DNA of 64,000 nt from a bacterium (lineage in GTDB: Bacteria > Patescibacteriota > Dojkabacteria > JAKAPS01 > JAJZLI01): NCBI GenBank assembly GCA_027371855.1, contig DAHXLB010000032.1:10844-74843 (forward strand), in the 5' to 3' direction. Both the position numbers and the translations under genes were made by a program. This document shows, in pieces, positions 27,577-36,184 of the stretch; position 1 is the first letter of the stretch; each line of letters opens with the position of its first letter. Under the pieces are notes generated by a model. It was not told the DNA's origin. It did not search any database and saw nothing but the letters and a program-made list of their open reading frames with translations.

Positions 27577-29189
27577 GGTGAGACATTAAATACTATAGAA
27601 AAAGGAACGTTAAAGCTTTCTTGAAAATTGGATATAGGCATTTGAATATTAGAGAATAATGGTGCAAGACTTTGTATATTTGATGATAACAGTATTATTT
27701 GCTGTCTATTTACTGCAGTTCCAGACATAGTTATTTGCCATTGTGGGATGGATGTTTTGCTAGCATTTATGAGTTTTATATTGGAGACAACCATGTTAGC
27801 TGGGACAACTGAGGCCAGCTTTATTAGCGTAGGAGACCAAACATTTTGTGTTTGATATACCTTGGATACCGTGGATAATGTAGCGTTAAGGGTGTTAATG
27901 CTACTGGCAACTCCTTGATATTTTGGATTGTTAGTATAGGCAGTATATTGTGTAACTTGAGCTTTCTCAGAGTTTATAGTTTGCATATTTTGATAGTTTA
28001 ATGCAAGAAAAAGCAAGGCAAGAAGAAAAAAATTGAAAAGCAATATTTTTAGTGCATTTATTGTATATTGTATAAAATATTGTCTTATTGCTTTTGAGTT
28101 TTGCTCTTTTGGAATTAGATTTATATATGCTATATTTTTTATTTTATTTGCAAGTTCAACTCCAATAATTGGTATATAAGGAGAGATTTTTTCATGCTTT
28201 TCCCATTGTAGTACAGGATATACTTTTATATCTATAGTAGCCTGCTCAACCTTGATTTTAGTATTCTTTTGTACATGTTCTAGTATTCCACGTATACTTG
28301 CTGCTTCACCATAAAGGTATACCTTTGATATTTTATCTTCACCATAAAAATTTACAGCCTTTTTAAGCTCAGTATCTAGTGTTTCAAATAGGGCATTAAT
28401 ATGGGTTTGCAGTTCAGGGTCTTTTTGCTCGGTCCCATCTTTTGTGATAAATTCTTTTACCTGATCGTCGTTGAGTTTTTTATATTCTCCTATTACTTTT
28501 GTAATTTGATTCATCCCAAAATAAAAAGATGAGGAAAATTGTATGGCATCTTTTTTTGTAATTGATATATTGGTTACACTTGTTCCTATATCAATAAGAA
28601 GAAATTCTGAATTCATATCTTTTTCTGCTCGTGACCCAGTTATGGCCCTTAGAGCAGACCTTGATCTACTTTCATACATTAGTGGTGTTAAATGAACAAG
28701 GTGCAGTGTTTCAGTTATAGAGTCAGTAGTTTCTTTTGTGACTGCTGTTATTACTATTTCGTAATTTTTATCATCTTCTTGCAATATATCAAAAGTCCAA
28801 TAAATATCTTCTTCTTTCATTGGGACGAATGATGATAGTTGCAATGACAAAGCTCCTTTAATTTTTTTTCTATCTATTTTTGGAAGGTTTATTATCTGTG
28901 TGTATATTTGGTCATCTGGAAGTGTAACTACAGCGAACCTAGTCTTTATCCTTTTGGGGTTTTTTACCAGTAAAGCCTCTTTCAATTTGTTTGCAACTAC
29001 ATCTTTCTGTCTAATGACGCCTGCTACAAATGCTGTAGCAGGAAGTTCACTTTCACTTATTGAGATTAGAGAATAAAAATCTTTCTTCTTTTCAAATTGA
29101 ACAACTTTTACAGAACCTGGGGATATATCAACTCCAACAACCTTTTTACGTTTTAAAATTTCTCTGAGCAGATTTTCCATATAATACAT
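27573..29189 (-). CDS. PilM-PilN fusion protein
   Basis: Actin-like PilM (GVDISPGSVKVV, LIDIG, LYGEAA) continues in frame into INLIP-TM-periplasmic PilN (VP-x2-MVVSNI, MSGTA). Confidence 0.8.
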   Translation of the reverse strand: MYYMENLLREILKRKKVVGVDISPGSVKVVQFEKKKDFYSLISISESELPATAFVAGVIRQKDVVANKLKEALLVKNPKRIKTRFAVVTLPDDQIYTQIINLPKIDRKKIKGALSLQLSSFVPMKEEDIYWTFDILQEDDKNYEIVITAVTKETTDSITETLHLVHLTPLMYESRSRSALRAITGSRAEKDMNSEFLLIDIGTSVTNISITKKDAIQFSSSFYFGMNQITKVIGEYKKLNDDQVKEFITKDGTEQKDPELQTHINALFETLDTELKKAVNFYGEDKISKVYLYGEAASIRGILEHVQKNTKIKVEQATIDIKVYPVLQWEKHEKISPYIPIIGVELANKIKNIAYINLIPKEQNSKAIRQYFIQYTINALKILLFNFFLLALLFLALNYQNMQTINSEKAQVTQYTAYTNNPKYQGVASSINTLNATLSTVSKVYQTQNVWSPTLIKLASVVPANMVVSNIKLINASKTSIPQWQITMSGTAVNRQQIILLSSNIQSLAPLFSNIQMPISNFQESFNVPFSIVFNVSP

Positions 29190-29277
29190 ATTACAGTATT
29201 TTTTAGAAATTTAAAATTGTACTAAATATTTATATTTTTTGATTGAAAAAGTATTCTTAAAAGTATAAAATGGAGGT

Positions 29278-29544
29278 ATGTATTATAATAGTTGTGGATA
29301 CAATTTTATGGGACCAATAGAAGGTATTTTTATAGCCCTTGGGTGGGTTATTTTTGCTATTTTTATAATACTCATTTTTAGATATATAGGGAGAGGTTCA
29401 ACGCATCGTCACGGTCATATGTTCGACCATGGTATCTCAGATTCATCTGACCCAAAGGATATCCTAAAAACAAGATATGCCAAAGGTGAGGTAACAAAAG
29501 ATGAATACTTAGATATTTTAAAAACACTAGAATCAAAGTCTTAA
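29278..29544 (+). CDS. SHOCT domain membrane protein
   Basis: One TM and C-terminal ILKTRYAKGEVTKDEY. Confidence 0.8.
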   Translation: MYYNSCGYNFMGPIEGIFIALGWVIFAIFIILIFRYIGRGSTHRHGHMFDHGISDSSDPKDILKTRYAKGEVTKDEYLDILKTLESKS

Positions 29545-29570
29545 GGATTAAGATTCTAGATAAATAGAAA

Positions 29571-29882
29571 ATGCCAGTAAGAAACTTGAATGATAAAATA
29601 ATTTTTGGTGTATGTTCTGGATTATCAGAATATTACAGTATCGATGTTGTAGTTTTAAGGCTTATATTTATTGTAGGATTCCTATTTATGGGGATTACAA
29701 TAATTGTTTATCTGGTATTAGCTTTAATTATGCCTACAGAAATACAACATACCGTGGGAGACAAAAAATCTGATGATATATCATCTAAGGATAGTGCACT
29801 TAAAATATTAAAAGAGAGGTTGGCTCGTGGGGAGATAACAAAAGATGAATTTGAAGATATGAAAAAGACTTTAGGGTATTAG
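29571..29882 (+). CDS. PspC domain protein with C-terminal SHOCT
   Basis: DKIIFGVCSGLSEYYSID...RL...YLVLALIMP plus ILKERLARGEITKDEFE. Confidence 0.85.
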   Translation: MPVRNLNDKIIFGVCSGLSEYYSIDVVVLRLIFIVGFLFMGITIIVYLVLALIMPTEIQHTVGDKKSDDISSKDSALKILKERLARGEITKDEFEDMKKTLGY

Positions 29883-29889
29883 GTGAAAT

Positions 29890-31299
29890 CTAATTTAGTG
29901 TTTGCCAGGACAGTATAGACATTTTTGTATTTGTAAGACTGAATCCTTCTGTATTTGTTATTATACTAGAGTTTATAGTAACACCTATATTTATATTCTG
30001 TTCATCATTTCCGCTATCACCAAGTTGTATCCTATTTCCTGACCAAATAGCCCCATTCACAGTTACATCTATAGTGGCTGATGGGTCATAACCTAGGATA
30101 TTCACAGTTCCTGGAGAATATATGATTCCAGTAATGTTTATTCCAGACGGATTTTGAGTAACATCATTAGATATTGTTAGTCCTTGTTTTCCCGTAATGA
30201 TCGCAGGCAAATACTTACCTGTCGATGGATCTGTGAAAGGATCTGTTTGTACCCATCCAGCATATGTTTTTAGTTCATTTTTTACAATTATGGTTGATCC
30301 GGTAAAATTATATGTTATTACATTTCCGGAGCTATCTTGATAAGGAAGCGTTTGTTGATTAGAGCTAGAATCAATGTAATACACTCCAGAGGGAGGAGAC
30401 ATTGTATCAATTCCTCCAGAGATAGATGAGTAATTTTCAAGATATGCATAAAATTGGGTAGCATTTGAGAAATAAGTCCCATTAGTTTGGGAATAGGATA
30501 TCCAGGGAGAAGTATTAAATGTTGGCAAATTAATTTGTGGGGAGGGAGATACCTGGCTTTCTGATCCGATGGTATCATTAGATAGATAGCAGAGCGGGAA
30601 ACCAAAGAAGCTTGTTCCGTAACCTAGTTCTCCAGAAATACTACTGTTGGTGATCCAACATGATAGAAAATTACCATTCAAATTGACAATTCCTCCTGTG
30701 TTAGAAATTGTCATACTATTAAAATAGTTACTCCAACCCCCTCCATTGCCGACTGCATTTATTGCCTGTGCAGTAATAGTCCCGTTAGTAAAATACAAAA
30801 GATTGTTAGATTGTATATCTCCTTGATCCTGGAAATAATTTCCATAAATAGAGTTGTTTGCAAACATTCCATAGTTATAAATACTAGGGTTTACTCCTAA
30901 AGATGTGACCACCTGTATTGTTTTTTCTGTTAAAATTGAGCCTGAAGGAGACGTTATTATAGCTTTAGATGTTATGGTGGCTTGATTGGGTGTAACATCT
31001 GTATTGTATGAAACAGTAACATTGTCAGTCCCATTTAAAGTAGTATTTATGGGTGATACAAATGATCCTCCTGTATAAGAATTAGAGCTTTCTCCTATCT
31101 GAAGTAATGCATTCTCAATTCCTGATTCTGCAAAATATTTTACCTGTCCAGATAAAATATCGTTTGATGATAAGATATATTCATTTACAGCAATTGAACT
31201 TATAGTCGTAATTGTTGCAAGAAGTATTGCAGATAGTATTATTACTGATATTAGGGCAGCTTGCCCTTTTTTATTTTCTTTGAGTTGCTGCAGTTTCAT
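29890..31299 (-). CDS. PilX-like large minor pilin
   Basis: KKG|QAALISV hydrophobic N-terminus, YFAESGIENAL, long beta-rich C-terminus ending SWQ. Confidence 0.8.
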   Translation of the reverse strand: MKLQQLKENKKGQAALISVIILSAILLATITTISSIAVNEYILSSNDILSGQVKYFAESGIENALLQIGESSNSYTGGSFVSPINTTLNGTDNVTVSYNTDVTPNQATITSKAIITSPSGSILTEKTIQVVTSLGVNPSIYNYGMFANNSIYGNYFQDQGDIQSNNLLYFTNGTITAQAINAVGNGGGWSNYFNSMTISNTGGIVNLNGNFLSCWITNSSISGELGYGTSFFGFPLCYLSNDTIGSESQVSPSPQINLPTFNTSPWISYSQTNGTYFSNATQFYAYLENYSSISGGIDTMSPPSGVYYIDSSSNQQTLPYQDSSGNVITYNFTGSTIIVKNELKTYAGWVQTDPFTDPSTGKYLPAIITGKQGLTISNDVTQNPSGINITGIIYSPGTVNILGYDPSATIDVTVNGAIWSGNRIQLGDSGNDEQNINIGVTINSSIITNTEGFSLTNTKMSILSWQTLN

Positions 31300-31807
31300 A
31301 TGTTAATGATGTTTTAATACCTGTTGTTCCAACATTAGTTTCAGTTAAAGTTATAAACACAGTAGGTGAGATTCCAGTATTTGCTTCCTCAATAAATTGT
31401 AGGTTAAATGTGTAGACATTAGAAGAGGACAAAGCTAATGCTGGTTGATCATTTATTTGAGAATAAATAACTCCATTTTGTGAATAGAAGCTTATGGTAT
31501 CTCCGCTTGAATCTGTTTGTACTGTAAGTTCAGAAGAGGTAACATTCCCAGAATTTGGAAGTGTTACCTGGTATCCATACTCAATATTTTGTGTCATTTC
31601 TTTCATTGCTATTCTTACTGTATCATTTGCATTAGCTGTAGTTGTTATAGTATTTTGGAATATAGATAGATTGAATAGTATTATTGTAACAGTAACTAAT
31701 ATTATTGATAGAAGTGTTATATATAACAATAGCTCTATTAGAGTATCACCTTGGGTCCAGATCCCTTCATTATTTTTTAATTGTTTTTTTAGATATGAAA
31801 TCTTCAT
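31271..31807 (-). CDS. minor pilin (PilW-like)
   Basis: G|DTLIELLLYI; likely start MKISY at 31807, just after the upstream stop. Confidence 0.8.
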   Translation of the reverse strand: MKISYLKKQLKNNEGIWTQGDTLIELLLYITLLSIILVTVTIILFNLSIFQNTITTTANANDTVRIAMKEMTQNIEYGYQVTLPNSGNVTSSELTVQTDSSGDTISFYSQNGVIYSQINDQPALALSSSNVYTFNLQFIEEANTGISPTVFITLTETNVGTTGIKTSLTYETAATQRK

Positions 31808-31808
31808 G

Positions 31809-32303
31809 TTAAAATTGTTGCCAATCTGTAAAATATTCACTTTCTTGGTAAGTATATGTTTGTCCCAAAGAGGTGAAAGATACAACTGCTGTTGCCTCTC
31901 TAGTATTAGGATCTTGTGGATATGTACTTGAAGAAGAAAGTGTATTTGTATTTACTCTATAAGCATAAGATACTGTTACATATTCTGTATATATACCGTA
32001 ACTTGTTTGTCCTGGGTATAAAGCCCATCCTTGTGTTTGTAACGGAGGATTATTTGTTGCCGTATATGCAAGGTAATATTGTCCTGGGATAAAGTCAGAC
32101 CAAGATTGATTCTGTAACGCATAAAGGTTTTCTAATTCTAGTGATAAAAGATATTTTGCCTCTAGTCTCTGATTTGATAATTCTATTGGTTTTTCTATCG
32201 GTGTTATTAAAAATAATGATGAAGTTAACAGTATGCCTATTATTGTTATAGATATTAGAAGTTCAATTAGAAGTTGTCCAGAATTGTTAGTATATTGCCC
32301 CAT
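31809..32303 (-). CDS. minor pilin (PilV-like)
   Basis: G|QLLIELLISI; ends YFTDW. Confidence 0.8.
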   Translation of the reverse strand: MGQYTNNSGQLLIELLISITIIGILLTSSLFLITPIEKPIELSNQRLEAKYLLSLELENLYALQNQSWSDFIPGQYYLAYTATNNPPLQTQGWALYPGQTSYGIYTEYVTVSYAYRVNTNTLSSSSTYPQDPNTREATAVVSFTSLGQTYTYQESEYFTDWQQF

Positions 32304-32769
32304 TTTGATTTATGCTAATTATTTTAGAAGAGAATGAATTTCCGAGGGTAAAACTTATTCCAGAATTTTGCAACATACCATTTTGTGCACTAAACACAAT
32401 TGGGTTGTTATTTGAGGGTAAAATATTGGTTATATTAAGACTGAATGGAAGATAATATACTTGGTTTGAGGGATTAGAGCTTGAATATAAAGACCCAGGG
32501 AACAGTGTTACTGTAGTTTGAGTAAAGTAAACTCCATATGTAGAAACACCGCCAGTATTATTCATTGCATCATCTTGGGATTGTTTTACTATTGAAGAGA
32601 TGGTTTGTGTTGCATTATTGGTATTAGTATCTGCAAGTAGTACAAAATAAGCAATGCTTGAGGCTGTTGCAAGAATAGCAGTTATAGTTATGGTTATGAG
32701 CAGTTCAATTAGAGTGAATCCAAGGGATCCGGATCCCTTTAAGTTTAGTTTGTTTGAGGTAGTTTTCAT
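32287..32769 (-). CDS. minor pilin (FimT/GspH-like)
   Basis: G|FTLIELLITI, YGVYF, ISINQNG. Confidence 0.82.
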   Translation of the reverse strand: MKTTSNKLNLKGSGSLGFTLIELLITITITAILATASSIAYFVLLADTNTNNATQTISSIVKQSQDDAMNNTGGVSTYGVYFTQTTVTLFPGSLYSSSNPSNQVYYLPFSLNITNILPSNNNPIVFSAQNGMLQNSGISFTLGNSFSSKIISINQNGAIY

Positions 32770-32791
32770 TGGTTTTAAATTATAAATATTA

Positions 32792-34039
32792 CTAACCGCC
32801 TGATCCAGATCCGCTTGATTGAGTGGTTCCTGTTGTAGAATTAATAGATCCTGTCATTTGATAGATAGGCATTATTACCGATAAGGCTATAAGAAGGACT
32901 CCACCTCCCATAACAAGAAGCATTATAGGTTCTATTATTGTAGACAGATTGGAAAGTGTATCGTCTATTTGTTCTTGATAAAATTGAGCGACAGACAGTA
33001 GCATCTCTGATGTATTCCCAGTTTTATCTCCAACCGCTATCATTCTTACTGAAATCTTTGGAAACAAAAAAGGATATTTATCTAGAGTCTCAGCAATACC
33101 CCCTCCTTTTTCTACTTCTCTAGATAATTCATCAATGGCTGATTTGTAGGCTTCATTTTCAATTGTATCCCCGGTTATTTTTATAGCTTGATTTATTTGA
33201 ATTCCACTCTTAATTAAATTTCCAAGGGTTCTTGTAAAGCTCGTGATATTGATTTTTTTTATTATTAACCCAAATATAGGTATACGTAAAGATATTTTAT
33301 TCCAATACAATTTGAATTTTTTTAGTTTTAATAATCTTCTAAATGTAATTATTAGTGCTATAACAATAACTACAACTTCAGCTCCATAATGAGTTAGGAC
33401 ATAGGATATTCCAAGCATGATTTGTGTTGGTGGGGGTAAAGTCTCTTTTGATTGTTTAAACATTGCTCCAAGCTGTGGAAATATGAATATAATTAATCCA
33501 ATACTTACAATTATCATGACTGAGAATATTACAGTAGGGTATAACATAGCACCCTTAACTTTTTTGTGTAATTCATAGGCTTTTTGAACTTGGTCCCTAA
33601 TTAGTGCTGCATTTTCAGGTAAGGTTCCACTAGTTTCTCCGATTTCTATCATCTTCACAGCTAATGGAGAGAAGACATTTTCATATTTTGACATTCCTTT
33701 GGACAGAGAATTCCCAGTTTCTATTTCATATTTTAGATCTCCAATTATTTTTTTAAAATTTGGAGATTGTGCATCGTCAACAAGTACAGTAAGTGTATCT
33801 GATAATGATAATCCTGCGGTTATCATTTTTTCAAGATGATCAAAAAACACTAGTTTTTCAAGTATGCTGATTTTCTTTTTACTTATTTTGCCTTTTTGAT
33901 CTTTTGGATCAGAAATATCTAGTACGGTTTTCCCCCCATCCTTAAGTATGTTTATAGCTTCTTCTCTTGAGGAGGCCGTTATTATGGCATTCTCAATAGT
34001 TCCATCTTCCTTTGTTGCTTCATATTTAAATTCGGACAT
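32792..34039 (-). CDS. pilC: type IV pilus platform protein PilC (T2SSF family)
   Basis: GETSGTL, AMLYP, FTRTLGNLIKSG, VGDKTGN, IIEP. Confidence 0.92.
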   Translation of the reverse strand: MSEFKYEATKEDGTIENAIITASSREEAINILKDGGKTVLDISDPKDQKGKISKKKISILEKLVFFDHLEKMITAGLSLSDTLTVLVDDAQSPNFKKIIGDLKYEIETGNSLSKGMSKYENVFSPLAVKMIEIGETSGTLPENAALIRDQVQKAYELHKKVKGAMLYPTVIFSVMIIVSIGLIIFIFPQLGAMFKQSKETLPPPTQIMLGISYVLTHYGAEVVVIVIALIITFRRLLKLKKFKLYWNKISLRIPIFGLIIKKINITSFTRTLGNLIKSGIQINQAIKITGDTIENEAYKSAIDELSREVEKGGGIAETLDKYPFLFPKISVRMIAVGDKTGNTSEMLLSVAQFYQEQIDDTLSNLSTIIEPIMLLVMGGGVLLIALSVIMPIYQMTGSINSTTGTTQSSGSGSGG

Positions 34040-34075
34040 ATACTAAATATATAAAGAATCTGATATAAAGGCAAT

Positions 34076-34143
34076 AGGATCAGATCTTGAGATTTTAATC
34101 CTAGGATTAAAATCATAGGGTTGCACTCCTAGGGTCTAGGTCA
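34076..34143. repeat. 14-bp-period array containing a perfect 24-bp palindrome
   Basis: GATTTTAATCCTAGGATTAAAATC at 34091-34114; further units at 34118 and 34132 separated by TA. Confidence 0.8.
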
Positions 34144-34189
34144 TAGAGTGTGGATGTGTATATATTTAATGTTTTGATATAATAATCTT

Positions 34190-34780
34190 ATGGAAGATAA
34201 AGTCGTAGCTCAAGAACATAAGGTTCAAGGGAAAACTGAATTATCGGAGCTTCAATATACAGTTGAGGCACTAAGAAGAGAAATTTCTTCGCTTAAAGAA
34301 GAAAACGAAAGGTTGCAAGAAGAATCAGTCACAGATGGTCTTACCGGGGCATATAATAAAAAGTTTTTACAAAGCCATGAACTTAAAAGAGAGTTAGATT
34401 CAAGATTTGAAAGGGGTGAGTTGTTTGCTATAGTTGTATCAGACCTAGATCATTTAAAAGCTGTTAATGATAGCATGGGGCATGAGGAAGGGGATTTATA
34501 TATTAAAAAATTTACAGAACTTTTAAGGGGGGCTTCCCGTCCTTATGATAGAGTTATAAGAATGGGGGGGGATGAATTCGTTGTAATTTTGTATGGAGTT
34601 CCCAAAGATGATAACGAGATTGTAAAAATGCGTCAAAGGATAAGAGAGGTTGTAGAAAAAGGAGGGTGTGAAGCCTCTTTTGGAATTGCAATTGCAACAA
34701 AAGATGTTCATGATTTAGAGGAAATGATTAATATAGCAGATAAAAATATGTATGATGACAAAAACAGTAGGAGAAAATGA
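34190..34780 (+). CDS. diguanylate cyclase (coiled coil + GGDEF)
   Basis: DGLTGAYN, DLDHLKAVNDSMGHEEGD, RPYD I-site, RMGGDEF, ADKNMY. Confidence 0.93.
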   Translation: MEDKVVAQEHKVQGKTELSELQYTVEALRREISSLKEENERLQEESVTDGLTGAYNKKFLQSHELKRELDSRFERGELFAIVVSDLDHLKAVNDSMGHEEGDLYIKKFTELLRGASRPYDRVIRMGGDEFVVILYGVPKDDNEIVKMRQRIREVVEKGGCEASFGIAIATKDVHDLEEMINIADKNMYDDKNSRRK

Positions 34781-36080
34781 ATCCGGTGTAAAAATTAGCA
34801 AAGTTGTAATTCTAGGTTCTGGATTTGGAGGTGTTAACGCTTATTTAAACCTACATAAATTAACTCACAAAAATAAATTAGTTGAATTTACCATAGTTTC
34901 TGATAAAAACTATTTTCTCTTTACTCCGTTGATCCATGAAGTTGCCACAGGAACCTTGGTCCCTGAAGATGTTATATCCCCAGTTAGAGGTAATATAGAT
35001 TGTTGTTTGACCGATTTTATTCTTGATACTGTTAAATCTATTGATTTGCAAGAAAATAAGGTTATTCTTAAAAATGGAGAGATCAAATATGACTATCTTG
35101 TTATAGCAACAGGGGCTTCATCTAATTTTAGGAATATTCCTGGTGCAAAGGAGTTTACTTTGCCTTTAAAAACATTAGAAGATGCAGTTTTAATAAAGAA
35201 TAAAATAATTGGGTTATTTGAAGAAAGAGAAGAGGAGGGAGAAAAAAAACAAATTAGGATTGCAATTGTGGGAGGAGGGCCTACTGGGATTGAAATTGCA
35301 ACTGAAATATCTGAATTTACTGATACTTTAATACCAAATTATTCCATATTTAAAAATAAAAAAACGGATATAGATATAAGAATTTTAAATGCCTCAGAGA
35401 ATTTCCTCCCTAATTTTCCTAAAAGATTAAAAAAAGAAGTATTTAATCTTTTTAGACTTGGAAAATCTCCTATATCTTTGATTTTGAATGCAAGGGCGAA
35501 AGAGGTTTTAGAAAATAAAATAATGTTAGAGGATCTAGATCCAGAGAATCTAGATTCAGAGCACCTAGGTGTAGAGAGCCTAGACAATAATATTTCTCAA
35601 AAAGAGAAAAGTGTTGATTTTGACATTGCTATTTGGGCAGCAGGTGTTAAGGCCAATGTTTCTATAATAGAGTCAAATCTTACTAAAACGGGAAGAATAT
35701 TGGTGACGGACAATCTAAATATTAGAGGGTTTGATAATGTCTTTGCAATAGGGGATGTTGCAGATTTTGAAAGTACATCCTTGTCTCAGCTCGCACAGAC
35801 AGCAGTTGACGAGTCTGAGGTTTGCGCTAGAAATATATATAATTTAATTACAGAAAAACCACTTTTACCTTTCGTATTTAAACAGAAAGGACTGATCTTA
35901 TCATTGGGGCATAATAATGCAGCTATCAGTATTGGAAAGAGTGTGTTTATGGGGAAATTCGCATGGTTTTTATGGAGGTATTTTTATCTATCTCAAATGT
36001 TTGGGAGAGGTTCTAAAGCAAAAATTCTCAGTAACTGGATACTTAATGAGTTTTCTCCTAGAGATATATCCAAAATTTAA
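34752..36080 (+). CDS. ndh: type II NADH dehydrogenase-like FAD oxidoreductase
   Basis: GSGFGG, FTPLIHEVATG, YDYLVIATG, GGGPTGIE, WAAG, VFAIGD, AQ-x-A. Confidence 0.88.
   Translation: MMTKTVGENESGVKISKVVILGSGFGGVNAYLNLHKLTHKNKLVEFTIVSDKNYFLFTPLIHEVATGTLVPEDVISPVRGNIDCCLTDFILDTVKSIDLQENKVILKNGEIKYDYLVIATGASSNFRNIPGAKEFTLPLKTLEDAVLIKNKIIGLFEEREEEGEKKQIRIAIVGGGPTGIEIATEISEFTDTLIPNYSIFKNKKTDIDIRILNASENFLPNFPKRLKKEVFNLFRLGKSPISLILNARAKEVLENKIMLEDLDPENLDSEHLGVESLDNNISQKEKSVDFDIAIWAAGVKANVSIIESNLTKTGRILVTDNLNIRGFDNVFAIGDVADFESTSLSQLAQTAVDESEVCARNIYNLITEKPLLPFVFKQKGLILSLGHNNAAISIGKSVFMGKFAWFLWRYFYLSQMFGRGSKAKILSNWILNEFSPRDISKI
35531..35587. repeat. in-frame mini-palindrome array inside ndh
   Basis: ggatctagatcc-aga-gaatctagattc-aga-gcacctaggtgt-aga-gagcctagacaa. 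Confidence 0.9.
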
Positions 36081-36087
36081 TGTTTGA

Positions 36088-36115
36088 ACATAAAAATATG
36101 TAAACATTTTTATGT
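36088..36115. promoter_or_regulatory. 10-bp inverted repeat (operator or weak terminator)
   Basis: ACATAAAAAT-N8-ATTTTTATGT between ndh and the ATPase gene. Confidence 0.35.
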
Positions 36116-36184
36116 GGTAGTATATAATTAAATGTATATATTTAAAACTTGCAATATTATATGGTTCTCTGTTAAATATGTTGT

